Of a stretch of DNA of 61,220 bases, positions 45,185 to 55,212 are shown piece by piece (the stretch's first letter is position 1; each line of letters starts with the position of its first letter). Under the pieces are notes generated by a model, which was not told where the DNA came from, did not search any database, and worked only from the letters and a program-made list of their open reading frames with translations. The stretch is from Clostridia bacterium. Lineage in GTDB: Bacteria; Bacillota; Clostridia; Christensenellales; UBA1242. The translations under genes and the position numbers were made by a program. The DNA is taken from NCBI GenBank assembly GCA_016297845.1, contig JAEDFV010000004.1:1-61220 (forward strand), read 5' to 3'.

Positions 45185-46531
45185 ATGAAAATTTCCAAAA
45201 AGGAAAAATTTTATTATGGAATTGGCAACTTGGGATATTCAACAATATCATCAACATTGTCAAATTTTATTATGTTTTTTGGAACAAGTGTTATGGGTGT
45301 CTCAGGAACTTTAGTTGGGCTTGCCGTTTCAATAGGAGTTTTTTGGGACGCAATTTCAGACCCAATTGTAGGCTATTATTCAGACAATTTAAATTCATCA
45401 CTTGGAAAGCGCCACCCTTTCATGTTAATAGGAATTTTTGGAATGTGCGCAATTAATCTAGTGATATGGCTAATTCCAGCAAATGCTCCAGAAATAATAA
45501 AGTTTATTTGGATTTTTCTTTCCTTGATTGCAGTCCAAACATTTTGTACTTTCTTTGCAACACCCCATCTGGCTTTGGGATTAGAAATGAGTTCCGACCC
45601 CCAAGAACAAACTTCAATTCAATGCATCAGAACAATTTTTCAACTTATAGGAATGATGCTTCCAACAATTTTTATGTTTATATTTATGCCTTCAGGCGAA
45701 GGTGTCCAAGGGCAACTTTTGGCAAGCGGATATATTAACACCGCTTATGTATCTTCTCTTCTCTGTTTGATTTTTGGACTTATGACCTTTTTTGGAACTT
45801 TAAAACGCCAAGTTTGTTGTCCAGTTAAAATTAAAACAAAAAAAGAATCCATTCTTTCAATTTTCAATGACTTTTTTAAAATTTTAAAGAAAAAACGTTA
45901 TCGAATTATTATTTCAGGTTATTCAATAAGTTTAATTGCCTCATCAATTTTGACTGCATCAGGCATGCATATGTTCACATATTGTTTTCACTTCGATTCA
46001 AAACAAATATCAATAGCAATGGGCACGCTTATTATCTCAGCAATTCTCGCTCAAATTTTCTGGAGTCACGTTTCAAAATCTATTGGAAAGAAACAAACAC
46101 TAATTCGAGGACTTGGAATAGGAATTATAGGAATACTTGTTCTATGGGGCTTGTTTACTTTGCGTCAACTTTTCTCAACAAATGTTTTGTTTATTTTAAC
46201 TCTTCCAAGTATATTCATAAGTGGCTTTGGCACTGGAGTTCTATATTCTTTCCCCTTATCCATGTTTGGTGATGTCATGGCAAAGGATTATGAAATTCAG
46301 GGAACAAACAAAACAGGAGTTTATTCAGGGATAATGACACTGGCCTTCAAACTAAGCAATTCACTTGCACTTGTCATCATCGGCATAGTCTTGGATTTGA
46401 TAAAATTTTCTTCAGACTCCCCCGTCCAACCTTTATCCGTCCAAACTGGTCTTGGGCTTTTGGTAATAGTTGGAACAATTTTGTCGCTTGGAGTTTCAAT
46501 ATTAATCTTCAACAAGTATGACGAAAAATAA
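45185..46531 (+). CDS. GPH/MFS-family cation symporter
   Basis: YGIGNLGY...WDAISDPIVGYYSDN...GKRHPFM is the MelB/GPH signature region. About 12 TM segments. Confidence 0.8.
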   Translation: MKISKKEKFYYGIGNLGYSTISSTLSNFIMFFGTSVMGVSGTLVGLAVSIGVFWDAISDPIVGYYSDNLNSSLGKRHPFMLIGIFGMCAINLVIWLIPANAPEIIKFIWIFLSLIAVQTFCTFFATPHLALGLEMSSDPQEQTSIQCIRTIFQLIGMMLPTIFMFIFMPSGEGVQGQLLASGYINTAYVSSLLCLIFGLMTFFGTLKRQVCCPVKIKTKKESILSIFNDFFKILKKKRYRIIISGYSISLIASSILTASGMHMFTYCFHFDSKQISIAMGTLIISAILAQIFWSHVSKSIGKKQTLIRGLGIGIIGILVLWGLFTLRQLFSTNVLFILTLPSIFISGFGTGVLYSFPLSMFGDVMAKDYEIQGTNKTGVYSGIMTLAFKLSNSLALVIIGIVLDLIKFSSDSPVQPLSVQTGLGLLVIVGTILSLGVSILIFNKYDEK

Positions 46532-46578
46532 GTTGACACAAAATTATAAAAAGTATAACATTTTTTTAAGGAGAAAAA

Positions 46579-47760
46579 ATGGGCGAGCTAGGGACAATAT
46601 CTTATGGAATAAGAACTCCAATAATAAAACGTGGAGACAATCTTGTTGAAATTGTTACGAGAAGTGTTTTAAGTGCATGTGAAGAAAACAATATAATTTT
46701 GGAAGACAAAGACATAGTAGGAGTGACAGAAGCAGTTGTTGGAATTTCTCAATCAAATTTTGCTACAGTTGACCAAATCACAAAAGATGTTGAGAGACAT
46801 TTTAAAAACAAAGTCGTTGGACTGATATTTCCAATTTTGAGTCGAAATAGGTTTTCTCTCATATTAAAAGCAATTTCAAAAGCTTGCAAAAAACTTATAA
46901 TAATGTTGTCATATCCATCAGACGAAGTTGGAAATCCTCTTATAACACAACAAGCTTTGTATGACAGCAAAATAAACCCTTATGGTGAAGCGCTTACAGA
47001 AACACAATTCCACGAACTTTTTGGTTCAACAAAACATCTTTTTACAGGAGTTGACTACATCAAATTTTATAAAGAAGTTGCCGGCGAAAACTGCGAAATA
47101 ATTTTTGGAAACAAGGCAGAAAACATACTTGCTTTCACAAAATATATAATAAACGCAGACATTCATACGCGTAAACAAACAAAAAAGCATCTTTATGAGT
47201 GCGGTGCAAAAAAAGTTGTTTCGCTAGATGAATTGATGACAAAAAGCATTGATGGCAGTGGTTTTAACAAAGAATACGGTCTTCTTGGAAGCAATATAAA
47301 CACAGATGACACACTCAAACTTTTTCCTCGTGAAACCAAGACTTTTGTTGATAATCTTCAAAAAGAATTCTATCGTCTAACAGGAAAAACCGTTGAATGT
47401 TTAGTATATGGAGACGGAGCGTTTAAAGACCCAGTTGGAAAAATTTGGGAGTTGGCTGACCCTGTTGTTTCCCCTGCTTACACAAGCGGGCTTTCAGGAA
47501 CCCCAAATGAAATTAAATTAAAATATGTTTCAGAAACACAACTTTCAAATCTTTCGGGGAAAGAAGCAAGTGAAGAATTTAAGAAAATATTGAAACAAAA
47601 ACAAGGCAACTCAAAAGACAATAAAAGAACTGCTCTTGGAACAACTCCAAGACAAATATCTGACCTTGTTGGCTCTCTTTGTGACCTTACAAGTGGAAGC
47701 GGAGACAAGGGAACTCCTGTTATTCTTATAAAGAATTATTTTAAAAATTATGCAGATTAA
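46579..47760 (+). CDS. CofE/FbiB-like (F420-0:gamma-glutamyl ligase family) protein, long form
   Basis: The N-terminus TPIIKRGDNLVEIV...LEDKDIVGVTEAVVGISQ resembles the CofE fold signature. 393 aa. Confidence 0.5.
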   Translation: MGELGTISYGIRTPIIKRGDNLVEIVTRSVLSACEENNIILEDKDIVGVTEAVVGISQSNFATVDQITKDVERHFKNKVVGLIFPILSRNRFSLILKAISKACKKLIIMLSYPSDEVGNPLITQQALYDSKINPYGEALTETQFHELFGSTKHLFTGVDYIKFYKEVAGENCEIIFGNKAENILAFTKYIINADIHTRKQTKKHLYECGAKKVVSLDELMTKSIDGSGFNKEYGLLGSNINTDDTLKLFPRETKTFVDNLQKEFYRLTGKTVECLVYGDGAFKDPVGKIWELADPVVSPAYTSGLSGTPNEIKLKYVSETQLSNLSGKEASEEFKKILKQKQGNSKDNKRTALGTTPRQISDLVGSLCDLTSGSGDKGTPVILIKNYFKNYAD

Positions 47761-48615
47761 TTATTTCTCCTTTTCAAAAGGAGATTTTTTGTTTTGATAA
47801 ATTGAATCAAAAGTTGAATCCAAGGGACTGTTTTCAAGAAATTTTTGAAACTGGTCTTCAGTAACCAATTTCAAACCGTTTGGGAAACGCACATATATAA
47901 CATTAAATTTATGACAATTTAACTCTGGAACAATTTTATAAAAGGGAACAGACGAAGAAACACAAATTGACTTAACAGAAGTAATTTGTTTTTTCTTTTT
48001 TATTTGTAACAAAAGTGGCTCATATTTGCCTTGAAAATGCCCATCAATTATCCCCATAAAAAGGAAAATTGAAATAATTCCAAAGGAAAAATTTATTCCA
48101 TAAAAACAAGAAATAATAAAAATAAGTAAAAAAATAACAGAAAAAACAAAATTTAATATGCAAATTATGCGATAAACACTCTTTGATTTATATTTTGTCT
48201 TTAAAATTGATGATAAAATCCTTCCACCATCAAGCGGGAAAGCAGGCAACAAATTAAACAATGCTATTGAAAAATTTGAAATAACAAATGTATATGTGTA
48301 AACATATGTAACGGGGAAAATCCACCACAACATAACAGTCAAAACAATAAAAAGAACATTTATAAGTGGTCCAGCAATCGCAATTTTTATTTCATCTTCT
48401 GGCTTAAAAGTGAAGTCATCAAAAGATACACATGCGCCATAAGGCAGAATCCAAACCTTACTCAATCCATAACCGAGTTTCTTTGCAACAAATGCATGTG
48501 CAAGTTCATGAAATGTTATAGCAAAAAGATATGGAATAATAACGCTCGAAAATCCCGTCACCAAAAGTAAAAAAAGAAAAAACCAAGTTGCTGGATGAAT
48601 TCTAAAATTTTTCAT
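47761..48615 (-). CDS. M50 site-2 metalloprotease (SpoIVFB-like size)
   Basis: HELAHAF (HExxH) in a TM helix and NLLPAFPLDGGRI. Confidence 0.8.
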   Translation of the reverse strand: MKNFRIHPATWFFLFLLLVTGFSSVIIPYLFAITFHELAHAFVAKKLGYGLSKVWILPYGACVSFDDFTFKPEDEIKIAIAGPLINVLFIVLTVMLWWIFPVTYVYTYTFVISNFSIALFNLLPAFPLDGGRILSSILKTKYKSKSVYRIICILNFVFSVIFLLIFIISCFYGINFSFGIISIFLFMGIIDGHFQGKYEPLLLQIKKKKQITSVKSICVSSSVPFYKIVPELNCHKFNVIYVRFPNGLKLVTEDQFQKFLENSPLDSTFDSIYQNKKSPFEKEK

Positions 48616-48717
48616 TTATATAACATATGACTAATTATCTTGAAAAAATTTAACAAAAAAAAACAATTTCAAAGAATTTTTCATATTATGCTTTTAGTAA
48701 AATTTTAAGGAGGTTTG

Positions 48718-49725
48718 ATGAAAAAATTTACAATTTTTTTAGCATTGATAGTTGGAAGTGTTTCAATGGTCTTTGCTGGGTGCGGAAGTGGAACGTCAAA
48801 AGTTATCCGTCTTAATGAAGTTACACACAGCATTTTTTACGCACCTTTCTATGCCGCAATAAATTTGGGTTATTTCAACGACGAAGGAATTGAAATTGAT
48901 TTAACCAACGGCGGAGGTTCCGACCAATCAATGACTGCTCTTTTAAGTGGAAATGCAGATATGGCTTTGCTTGGACCTGAAACAGCAGTGTATGTTGTTG
49001 GAGAAGGGGCAAAAAACACACCTGTAATTGTTGGACAACTTACAAAACGTGACGGAAGTTTACTTGTTGGCCGAACAGAAGAACCAAGTTTTGATTGGAG
49101 TAAACTTGCTGGCAAAGAAATAATTGGCGGAAGACGCGGTGGCTCACCTGCGATGTCATTACAATATGCTGTTGAAAAAGCAGGAAATACAGTGGGAACT
49201 GAACCAACAGATTGTAAAATTAATCTTGACATTGCATTTAATCTAACAGTTGGAGCATTTGAAAGCGGAACTGGAGATTACTGCACAATGTTCGAACCAA
49301 CAGCAAGTGAATTTGTGGCAAGCGGACGTGGATATATTGTCGCATCAGTTGGAGAAGCCAGCGGAAATGTTCCTTTCACTTGTTTTATGGCAATGCAAAG
49401 TTATATTGACAAAAACGAAAACAAAATTGAAGGATTTTTGAAAGCAGTAACTCGTGCTTACAATTATCTCATCTCTGCAACTGATGAACAAATTGCAGAT
49501 GCTTTGCGTCCATCTTTCTCAACAACATCAGATTCGATAATCGTTTCATCTGTTCGAAACTATATTCTTTTCGATGCTTGGAAAAGCACACCAGTTATGG
49601 AATCAGAAGATTTTTCCCATCTACAAGATGTGATGGAAAACGCTGGCGAACTAAAAACAAGAGTAAGTTTTTCGAAGGTTGTAAACAACACCTATGCCGA
49701 GCGAGCGGTCGACAGTTTAAAATAA
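48718..49725 (+). CDS. lipoprotein, NMT1/THI5-like (NitT/TauT-type) ABC substrate-binding protein
   Basis: Signal peptide with lipobox VFAGC. Also FYAPFYAAINLGYFNDEGIEIDL...SGNADMALLG. No permease or ATPase gene is adjacent. Confidence 0.75.
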   Translation: MKKFTIFLALIVGSVSMVFAGCGSGTSKVIRLNEVTHSIFYAPFYAAINLGYFNDEGIEIDLTNGGGSDQSMTALLSGNADMALLGPETAVYVVGEGAKNTPVIVGQLTKRDGSLLVGRTEEPSFDWSKLAGKEIIGGRRGGSPAMSLQYAVEKAGNTVGTEPTDCKINLDIAFNLTVGAFESGTGDYCTMFEPTASEFVASGRGYIVASVGEASGNVPFTCFMAMQSYIDKNENKIEGFLKAVTRAYNYLISATDEQIADALRPSFSTTSDSIIVSSVRNYILFDAWKSTPVMESEDFSHLQDVMENAGELKTRVSFSKVVNNTYAERAVDSLK

Positions 49726-49730
49726 AAATT

Positions 49731-49756
49731 ACTTCAACGAAAGTTGAAGTTTTTTT
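49731..49756 (+). terminator. rho-independent terminator after the SBP gene
   Basis: ACTTCAAC-GAAA-GTTGAAGT followed by T6. Confidence 0.8.
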
Positions 49757-49802
49757 GTTTTTATATTTGTAATAAATATAAATATTTGATATAATCTTAT
49801 AC

Positions 49803-51986
49803 ATGGAAATTTTAAAAGATTTAAAACAAATAGAAAATAAAATAAAAACTATGTTTGGCTTTGAAATAGAGGTTGACTACAAAAAATTTATAAGTGAAAA
49901 TTTAACTTATATGGAATTAAATTTTTTGGCTGAAAATGTAAAAACGGAAAAAGTAAAAACTGAAGACATTGACGATTTTTCAGATTTAATTTTTCAACTA
50001 AAAAATTACATAATCCCACTTTCAAATTTTGTTAAATTGCTTTTGATTTTGAGACAATATGACAATGTTTTCAATTTTGTGAAAAAGATTTTTGTTGGAC
50101 AAATTGGTCAAATAAAATATTCATCTGTCAAAGAAAATTACACTTTTCTCGAAAGATATTTCGACCGTTTCATTGAGATAGTAAAAAATTGTGAAATTGA
50201 CAAAAATTTATATCTACCTCTGATTCTAAAATCTTTTGAAAGTCAAAAAGGTGAAATTCTATATAATTGGAAACGTCCCGCCATTGAATTTATGCAAAAC
50301 TTCTTCAATGAAAATGAGGAGTGGGTTTTGTCATACCTAAAATCTAACAAAGAACACAAATACAAACTTTTGGAGATTATAACAGACTTCAACACTGCCC
50401 GCGGAATTAGACTGCTCATTGATGATTTTATTTCTGATGATTGTGATGAAAAACAAAATTCGCATATATTGAAAAATTACAAACGCGAAACTTTCCTCGA
50501 ACTTGACAAACGAATTTATGATAGCATTTCAAATTCCGAGAAAGAAAGACTCTCAGAAGTTCTCTTGGCCTTTGGAACTGATAATGAAGCTCTTTCACGT
50601 CTTAATGATATGTATGAAAAGGCAACTGATGAAAACCTTAAAATTGCTATTGCAGAAAAATTAGAGATAATAAAAAGTCCAGATGTAAAAACAGAAAAAC
50701 AATTTGTGTACACTGCAAGACGAAAAGTTAAGGAGCCTCAAGAAAGAACTTTAGGGATTCCTTTTGACAAAATCGAACTAAATTTAGCAAGTGGCTTCCC
50801 TGCCAACAATATTGTTAAAACCTATTTGATAAATGTTTTTAAAGAAGAAAGCAATCTTTCAAATTTAATAAACTTAGAGTATCTATACAATGTCTTTGAA
50901 AAACAAGATTTAAATGATTTTGCTGAAAAGTTGTTCAGGGTTGTGTCAAGAAAAGATGATATTAAAGAAGCGAAGTGGGCAATAAGGTTTTTCTGCCTTC
51001 TTGGCGATGAAAATTTAATAAGTGAAATAGTAGATTTCAATTCTTTACTCTTTGCATACAATCGCGAAAAAGAAGCTAAATATTTAACAGAATGTTTAGT
51101 CAATAGCGGAAAACTTGAAGTTCTAAAAATTTTCTCATCAAACACATTGCGAAACTTTCAAGATGGTCAATGGAAATCAAATATGCTCTTGTTATTAGCA
51201 AAGAAAGCAAACATAAATATTGACGACATCACCGACCAACTTGCCATCGGGAATGTAACTGCTCAAGAAATTGAAAGACAGAAGAAACGTCTAGAAAGTG
51301 CATTTATAACTGGAAGAGAATATACAAGCAAAAATTTTGATACAATTTCAGCCCAAGAACCTTTCAAATCTCTCTTTAAAAGACTTATTTGGGGTGAATA
51401 TAAAAATGGGAAATTATATAATGCTTTTGTAATTGAAGACACGGAAGATGGACAAATTGAAAGGTCATATTTGTTAAAATTGCTCGATGAACCAAAAGAA
51501 AATTTTGCTATCCAAATTCTACACACGCTTGACATAGATGACCGATTTGAAAAAATAACAAACAAGATTGAAAATCCACTTTTCCAACAATTCAAAAGAA
51601 TTAAATTTGATGTTAGAGATTTCAAAGCTCAGACAACAGAAATAAGCAATTTTAATGGAATGTTTGTTAATGCAGAAAAATTTGTTGAAAAACTTAAAAC
51701 GTTTGGATTCTCAATTAACAAAAATGAAAATGAGATTTATTTCAGCTCATTAATTGCATTTAATGATGTGCTTGGACTTGCTTGCATAATTGAATTTAAT
51801 AAACAAATTAATCTTTCCCAAGCATATTCTAATCTAGGCAGTATATATTTTATAAAATCAAAAGACCTTATAAAAGATGGTGAAAAATTTATCTATTCAA
51901 AAAACAATGCAATTCCTGCTCCTAGCCTTCCACCAAGATTTTTTGACTATTGCATGAGTGCAGTTGTTTATTCTCTCAATAATTAA
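49803..51986 (+). CDS. 727-aa protein with a C-terminal DUF4132-like region
   Basis: RLIWGEYKNGKLYNAFVI...FAIQILHTLDI...PLFQQFKR...FGFSIN matches the DUF4132 (MolR-like) pattern as I recall it. The N-terminal ~480 aa are helical-repeat-like. Confidence 0.55.
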   Translation: MEILKDLKQIENKIKTMFGFEIEVDYKKFISENLTYMELNFLAENVKTEKVKTEDIDDFSDLIFQLKNYIIPLSNFVKLLLILRQYDNVFNFVKKIFVGQIGQIKYSSVKENYTFLERYFDRFIEIVKNCEIDKNLYLPLILKSFESQKGEILYNWKRPAIEFMQNFFNENEEWVLSYLKSNKEHKYKLLEIITDFNTARGIRLLIDDFISDDCDEKQNSHILKNYKRETFLELDKRIYDSISNSEKERLSEVLLAFGTDNEALSRLNDMYEKATDENLKIAIAEKLEIIKSPDVKTEKQFVYTARRKVKEPQERTLGIPFDKIELNLASGFPANNIVKTYLINVFKEESNLSNLINLEYLYNVFEKQDLNDFAEKLFRVVSRKDDIKEAKWAIRFFCLLGDENLISEIVDFNSLLFAYNREKEAKYLTECLVNSGKLEVLKIFSSNTLRNFQDGQWKSNMLLLLAKKANINIDDITDQLAIGNVTAQEIERQKKRLESAFITGREYTSKNFDTISAQEPFKSLFKRLIWGEYKNGKLYNAFVIEDTEDGQIERSYLLKLLDEPKENFAIQILHTLDIDDRFEKITNKIENPLFQQFKRIKFDVRDFKAQTTEISNFNGMFVNAEKFVEKLKTFGFSINKNENEIYFSSLIAFNDVLGLACIIEFNKQINLSQAYSNLGSIYFIKSKDLIKDGEKFIYSKNNAIPAPSLPPRFFDYCMSAVVYSLNN

Positions 51987-52008
51987 ATTAAAAAATAATA
52001 GGAGATTT

Positions 52009-53376
52009 ATGAAAGTTTATAACAGTTTAACCAGAACAAAAGAAAACCTTGTTACAGAAAACAACACTGTAAAAATGTATTCATGTGGGCCAACAGTTTA
52101 TTATTTCCCTCATATAGGAAATATGCGTGCGTATATTTTTATGGATTTACTTAGAAAAACATTAAAATATTGTGGCTTTAAAATTGAAGGAGTAATTAAC
52201 ATAACTGATGTTGGACACCTTGTTTCTGATGCAAATGAAGGTGAAGATAAAATGGAACTTGCAGCAAAACGTGAAAAAAAAGACCCAAAACAAATTGCTG
52301 AGTTTTACACAGAATGCTTTTTCAAAGACTGCAAAAAACTAAATATCGAGCTCCCTGAACACGTAGCAAAAGCGACTGATAACATAAACGAAATGATTGA
52401 GTTTATAAAAGTTTTGGAACAAAAGGGTTTCACCTATATTATTGATGATGGTGTATATTTTGATATCCAAAAATTCCCTGCTTATGGTGCACTTTCAGGT
52501 GCAGATTTGTCAAAAGTTGGAGTTAACAGAATTGACGAAAATCCACAAAAGCACCACCCATTTGATTTTGTCCTTTGGAAATTTGTTCCTAAAGAACACA
52601 TAATGAAATGGAACAGCCCATGGGGTGAAGGTTGCCCCGGCTGGCACATTGAATGTTCTGCAATGGGGAGAAAATATCTCGGCAATTCAATAGATATCCA
52701 CACCGGCGGAATTGACCACAAACCTATTCACCACGAAAATGAAATTGCTCAAAATGATGCATATGAAGGCCGTCAAGTTGTTAAAAATTGGATGCACACA
52801 GAATTTCTCCAAGTTGATGGCGGAAAAATGAGCAAAAGCCTTGGGAACCTGTACACACTTGACCAACTTAATGAAAAAGGATTTTCTCCTTTAGATTTTC
52901 GATACATGAATCTTCTCACACATTATAGGAAAAGTTTAAATTTCACTTTTGATAGTCTGGAGTCATCAAAGCAAGCCTTAAATACATTGCGCCAACTTAT
53001 ATCACTTCATAAGAATGGAACAAATGATATTTCAAATGAAATCATTGAAAACTATAAAAATGAATTCACACAGGCGATTTCTGATGACCTTAATATTCCT
53101 CTTGCAGTTGGCATACTTTGGAAAATGCTAAAAACTGAAAAGAAAAGCAAAGAAGTCTACAAACTTGCGCTAGATTTCGACAGAGTTTTCAGTTTAAATT
53201 TAGATGAAGAAATCCAACAAATTATTCCAGAAGAAATAATTAACATTGCAAACGAACGAAAAAAAGCAAGGGACGAAAAAAATTGGGAAAAATCTGATAA
53301 ATTGCGAAATTTAATTTTAGAAAAAGGATTTTTAATAAAGGATACCAAAGAAGGGTTTGAAATAGTAAAAAAATAA
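52009..53376 (+). CDS. cysS: cysteine-tRNA ligase
   Basis: CGPTVYYFPHIGNMRAY (HIGH), GWHIECSAM and KMSKSLGN. ATG 52009 has AGGAGA upstream. Confidence 0.95.
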   Translation: MKVYNSLTRTKENLVTENNTVKMYSCGPTVYYFPHIGNMRAYIFMDLLRKTLKYCGFKIEGVINITDVGHLVSDANEGEDKMELAAKREKKDPKQIAEFYTECFFKDCKKLNIELPEHVAKATDNINEMIEFIKVLEQKGFTYIIDDGVYFDIQKFPAYGALSGADLSKVGVNRIDENPQKHHPFDFVLWKFVPKEHIMKWNSPWGEGCPGWHIECSAMGRKYLGNSIDIHTGGIDHKPIHHENEIAQNDAYEGRQVVKNWMHTEFLQVDGGKMSKSLGNLYTLDQLNEKGFSPLDFRYMNLLTHYRKSLNFTFDSLESSKQALNTLRQLISLHKNGTNDISNEIIENYKNEFTQAISDDLNIPLAVGILWKMLKTEKKSKEVYKLALDFDRVFSLNLDEEIQQIIPEEIINIANERKKARDEKNWEKSDKLRNLILEKGFLIKDTKEGFEIVKK

Positions 53377-53380
53377 TTAA

Positions 53381-54622
53381 ATGAAAAAAACGAAAGAAAA
53401 AAAAGAAAGACCAATTTTTGAACAATTTTTAATAAGAACAATAATTTTCATATTTATTGTTCTTGTTTTATGCTCAACATTTTTCTTTCGTGAAAAAATT
53501 GAACACTTGGTCAATTATGCATATAACTACGATGCCCCAGCAAGCGTAATAGATGATGAGGGATTAGTTATGCATTTTGTTGATGTCGGTCAAGCAGATG
53601 CGACAATAATTGAATTTCCAACAGGCGAAATTATGCTTATTGACACTGGCGACTCAATCACAAGTTCAACAAACAAATTCAAAGAGTATCTAAATACTTT
53701 AACTTTTATATATATTGACGACGAACCTGTAATTGACTATCTCATTTTAACTCACCCAGATTCTGACCACATTGGAAACGCAGAATATGTTTTTGAAAAT
53801 TATCTTGTAAAAAACTGCTATCTACCTCAAATCTACACTTCTGAAGCTGAGTGTGCACTAAACCCCAATTCTGTTTATTGCGAGAGTCAACTATATTCAA
53901 ATGTAATAAATGCTCTTGAGAATGAAGTTGGTTGTAATAAGACTTACACATGCGAAGGCCTTTCTATAACAAGTCAAGTTTATAACGCAACCGAAGCAAC
54001 AACTAATAATCAAATGTGGATTTTAGACTTTTTTGCGCCAATAGTAGGAAGCGTATACAAGAAAAGTGCATCATCAAAAGTTGCTGTAACAAATGATTAC
54101 TCACCTATTATGATTTTAAACTATATGGACAGAAAAATAATGTTCACAGGTGATGCAAGCGATGATGTTGAAAAAGAATTTGTCAGCAAAGTGCTAAACA
54201 ACGACTATTCATATTCAATTGAATATTTTGACATAGATGTTTTAAAAATAGGCCATCATGGAAGTGCATCATCAACATGCGAAGAGTTTCTTGATATTAT
54301 AAAGCCAGAATTTGCGATTGCTTCTGTAGGACAAAAAAGTTATGGCCACCCTTCTTCCGAAACAATAACACGACTTGAAGAAAGTGGGGTGAATTCTTAT
54401 AATATTTATCGAACAGATAGAAATGGCAATATAGCAATGGGAGTTTCGTTAACAGGCGAAATTGCTCTGGAATCAGACCATATTCAATATACACGTGTTG
54501 AATTTAAACTTTGGCAAATAATTTTAATTGCGGTGGGAATAACAGCAATTATAATCTATTCGCCATATACTGTAAAAGTCGTTAAGTACAAAAAAATTAA
54601 AAAAGGGAAAAGCGAAAAATAA
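53381..54622 (+). CDS. membrane-anchored MBL-fold hydrolase (ComEC C-terminal-domain type)
   Basis: HFVDVGQADATII, THPDSDHIGN and GHHGSASS; N- and C-terminal TM helices. Confidence 0.8.
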   Translation: MKKTKEKKERPIFEQFLIRTIIFIFIVLVLCSTFFFREKIEHLVNYAYNYDAPASVIDDEGLVMHFVDVGQADATIIEFPTGEIMLIDTGDSITSSTNKFKEYLNTLTFIYIDDEPVIDYLILTHPDSDHIGNAEYVFENYLVKNCYLPQIYTSEAECALNPNSVYCESQLYSNVINALENEVGCNKTYTCEGLSITSQVYNATEATTNNQMWILDFFAPIVGSVYKKSASSKVAVTNDYSPIMILNYMDRKIMFTGDASDDVEKEFVSKVLNNDYSYSIEYFDIDVLKIGHHGSASSTCEEFLDIIKPEFAIASVGQKSYGHPSSETITRLEESGVNSYNIYRTDRNGNIAMGVSLTGEIALESDHIQYTRVEFKLWQIILIAVGITAIIIYSPYTVKVVKYKKIKKGKSEK

Positions 54623-54636
54623 ATTTCGTTGTTTTT

Positions 54637-54645
54637 TGCTATAAT
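54637..54645 (+). promoter_or_regulatory. extended -10 element 6 nt upstream of the PAP2 ATG (leaderless candidate)
   Basis: TGcTATAAT, then aatgtc, then ATG 54652, with no SD. Confidence 0.45.
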
Positions 54646-54651
54646 AATGTC

Positions 54652-55212
54652 ATGGAAATTGAAATAATTAAATCATTACAATCAATAAATTCAAATGTAT
54701 TTGATATTTTTTGCAAAACAATTTCACATTTTGCAAATTATATTGGCTTTATTTTTGTTTTCTTAATTCTGTTCACGCTCGTCCACAAAAAATACTCTGT
54801 TTATTTTGTTTTAACTTATGGCCTTTCAATTTTGGCTAATTTCATTTTAAAATATATTATCAATCGACCAAGACCATATATGGTTGACAGTTCAATAAAG
54901 AACATTTTGCCGGGAAGTGGCGCATCAATGCCAAGCGGACACACACTTAGCGCAACCATTATTGTTTGCTTTTGTTTATTTGCAATATTAAAAAAATGCA
55001 AACATAAGAGCATAAAAATTCTCTCCACAATTTTGTTTACAGTATTTATTGCTTGTGTTATAATCTCGAGAATGTATTTAGGACAACACTATCTCTCTGA
55101 CACAATTGTCGGATTTATTGAAGGAATTATATTTTCATCTATTGGAATTGCTTTGTTCGCAAAAAATCAAAAGAAGGAGATGAACGATGGAAAAAATAAC
55201 AAACAATCGTGA
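54652..55212 (+). CDS. PAP2-family phosphatase (BcrC/undecaprenyl-diphosphatase-like)
   Basis: KYIINRPRP, PSGH and SRMYLGQHYLSD. Confidence 0.85.
   Translation: MEIEIIKSLQSINSNVFDIFCKTISHFANYIGFIFVFLILFTLVHKKYSVYFVLTYGLSILANFILKYIINRPRPYMVDSSIKNILPGSGASMPSGHTLSATIIVCFCLFAILKKCKHKSIKILSTILFTVFIACVIISRMYLGQHYLSDTIVGFIEGIIFSSIGIALFAKNQKKEMNDGKNNKQS

Noticed and set aside
48616-48717. TPP (thiamine) riboswitch upstream of the NMT1/THI5-like binding protein.
   Set aside because: The spacer is about 100 nt and almost pure A/T. It lacks the conserved CTGAGA and ACCTGATCTGGATAATGCCAGCG-type elements.
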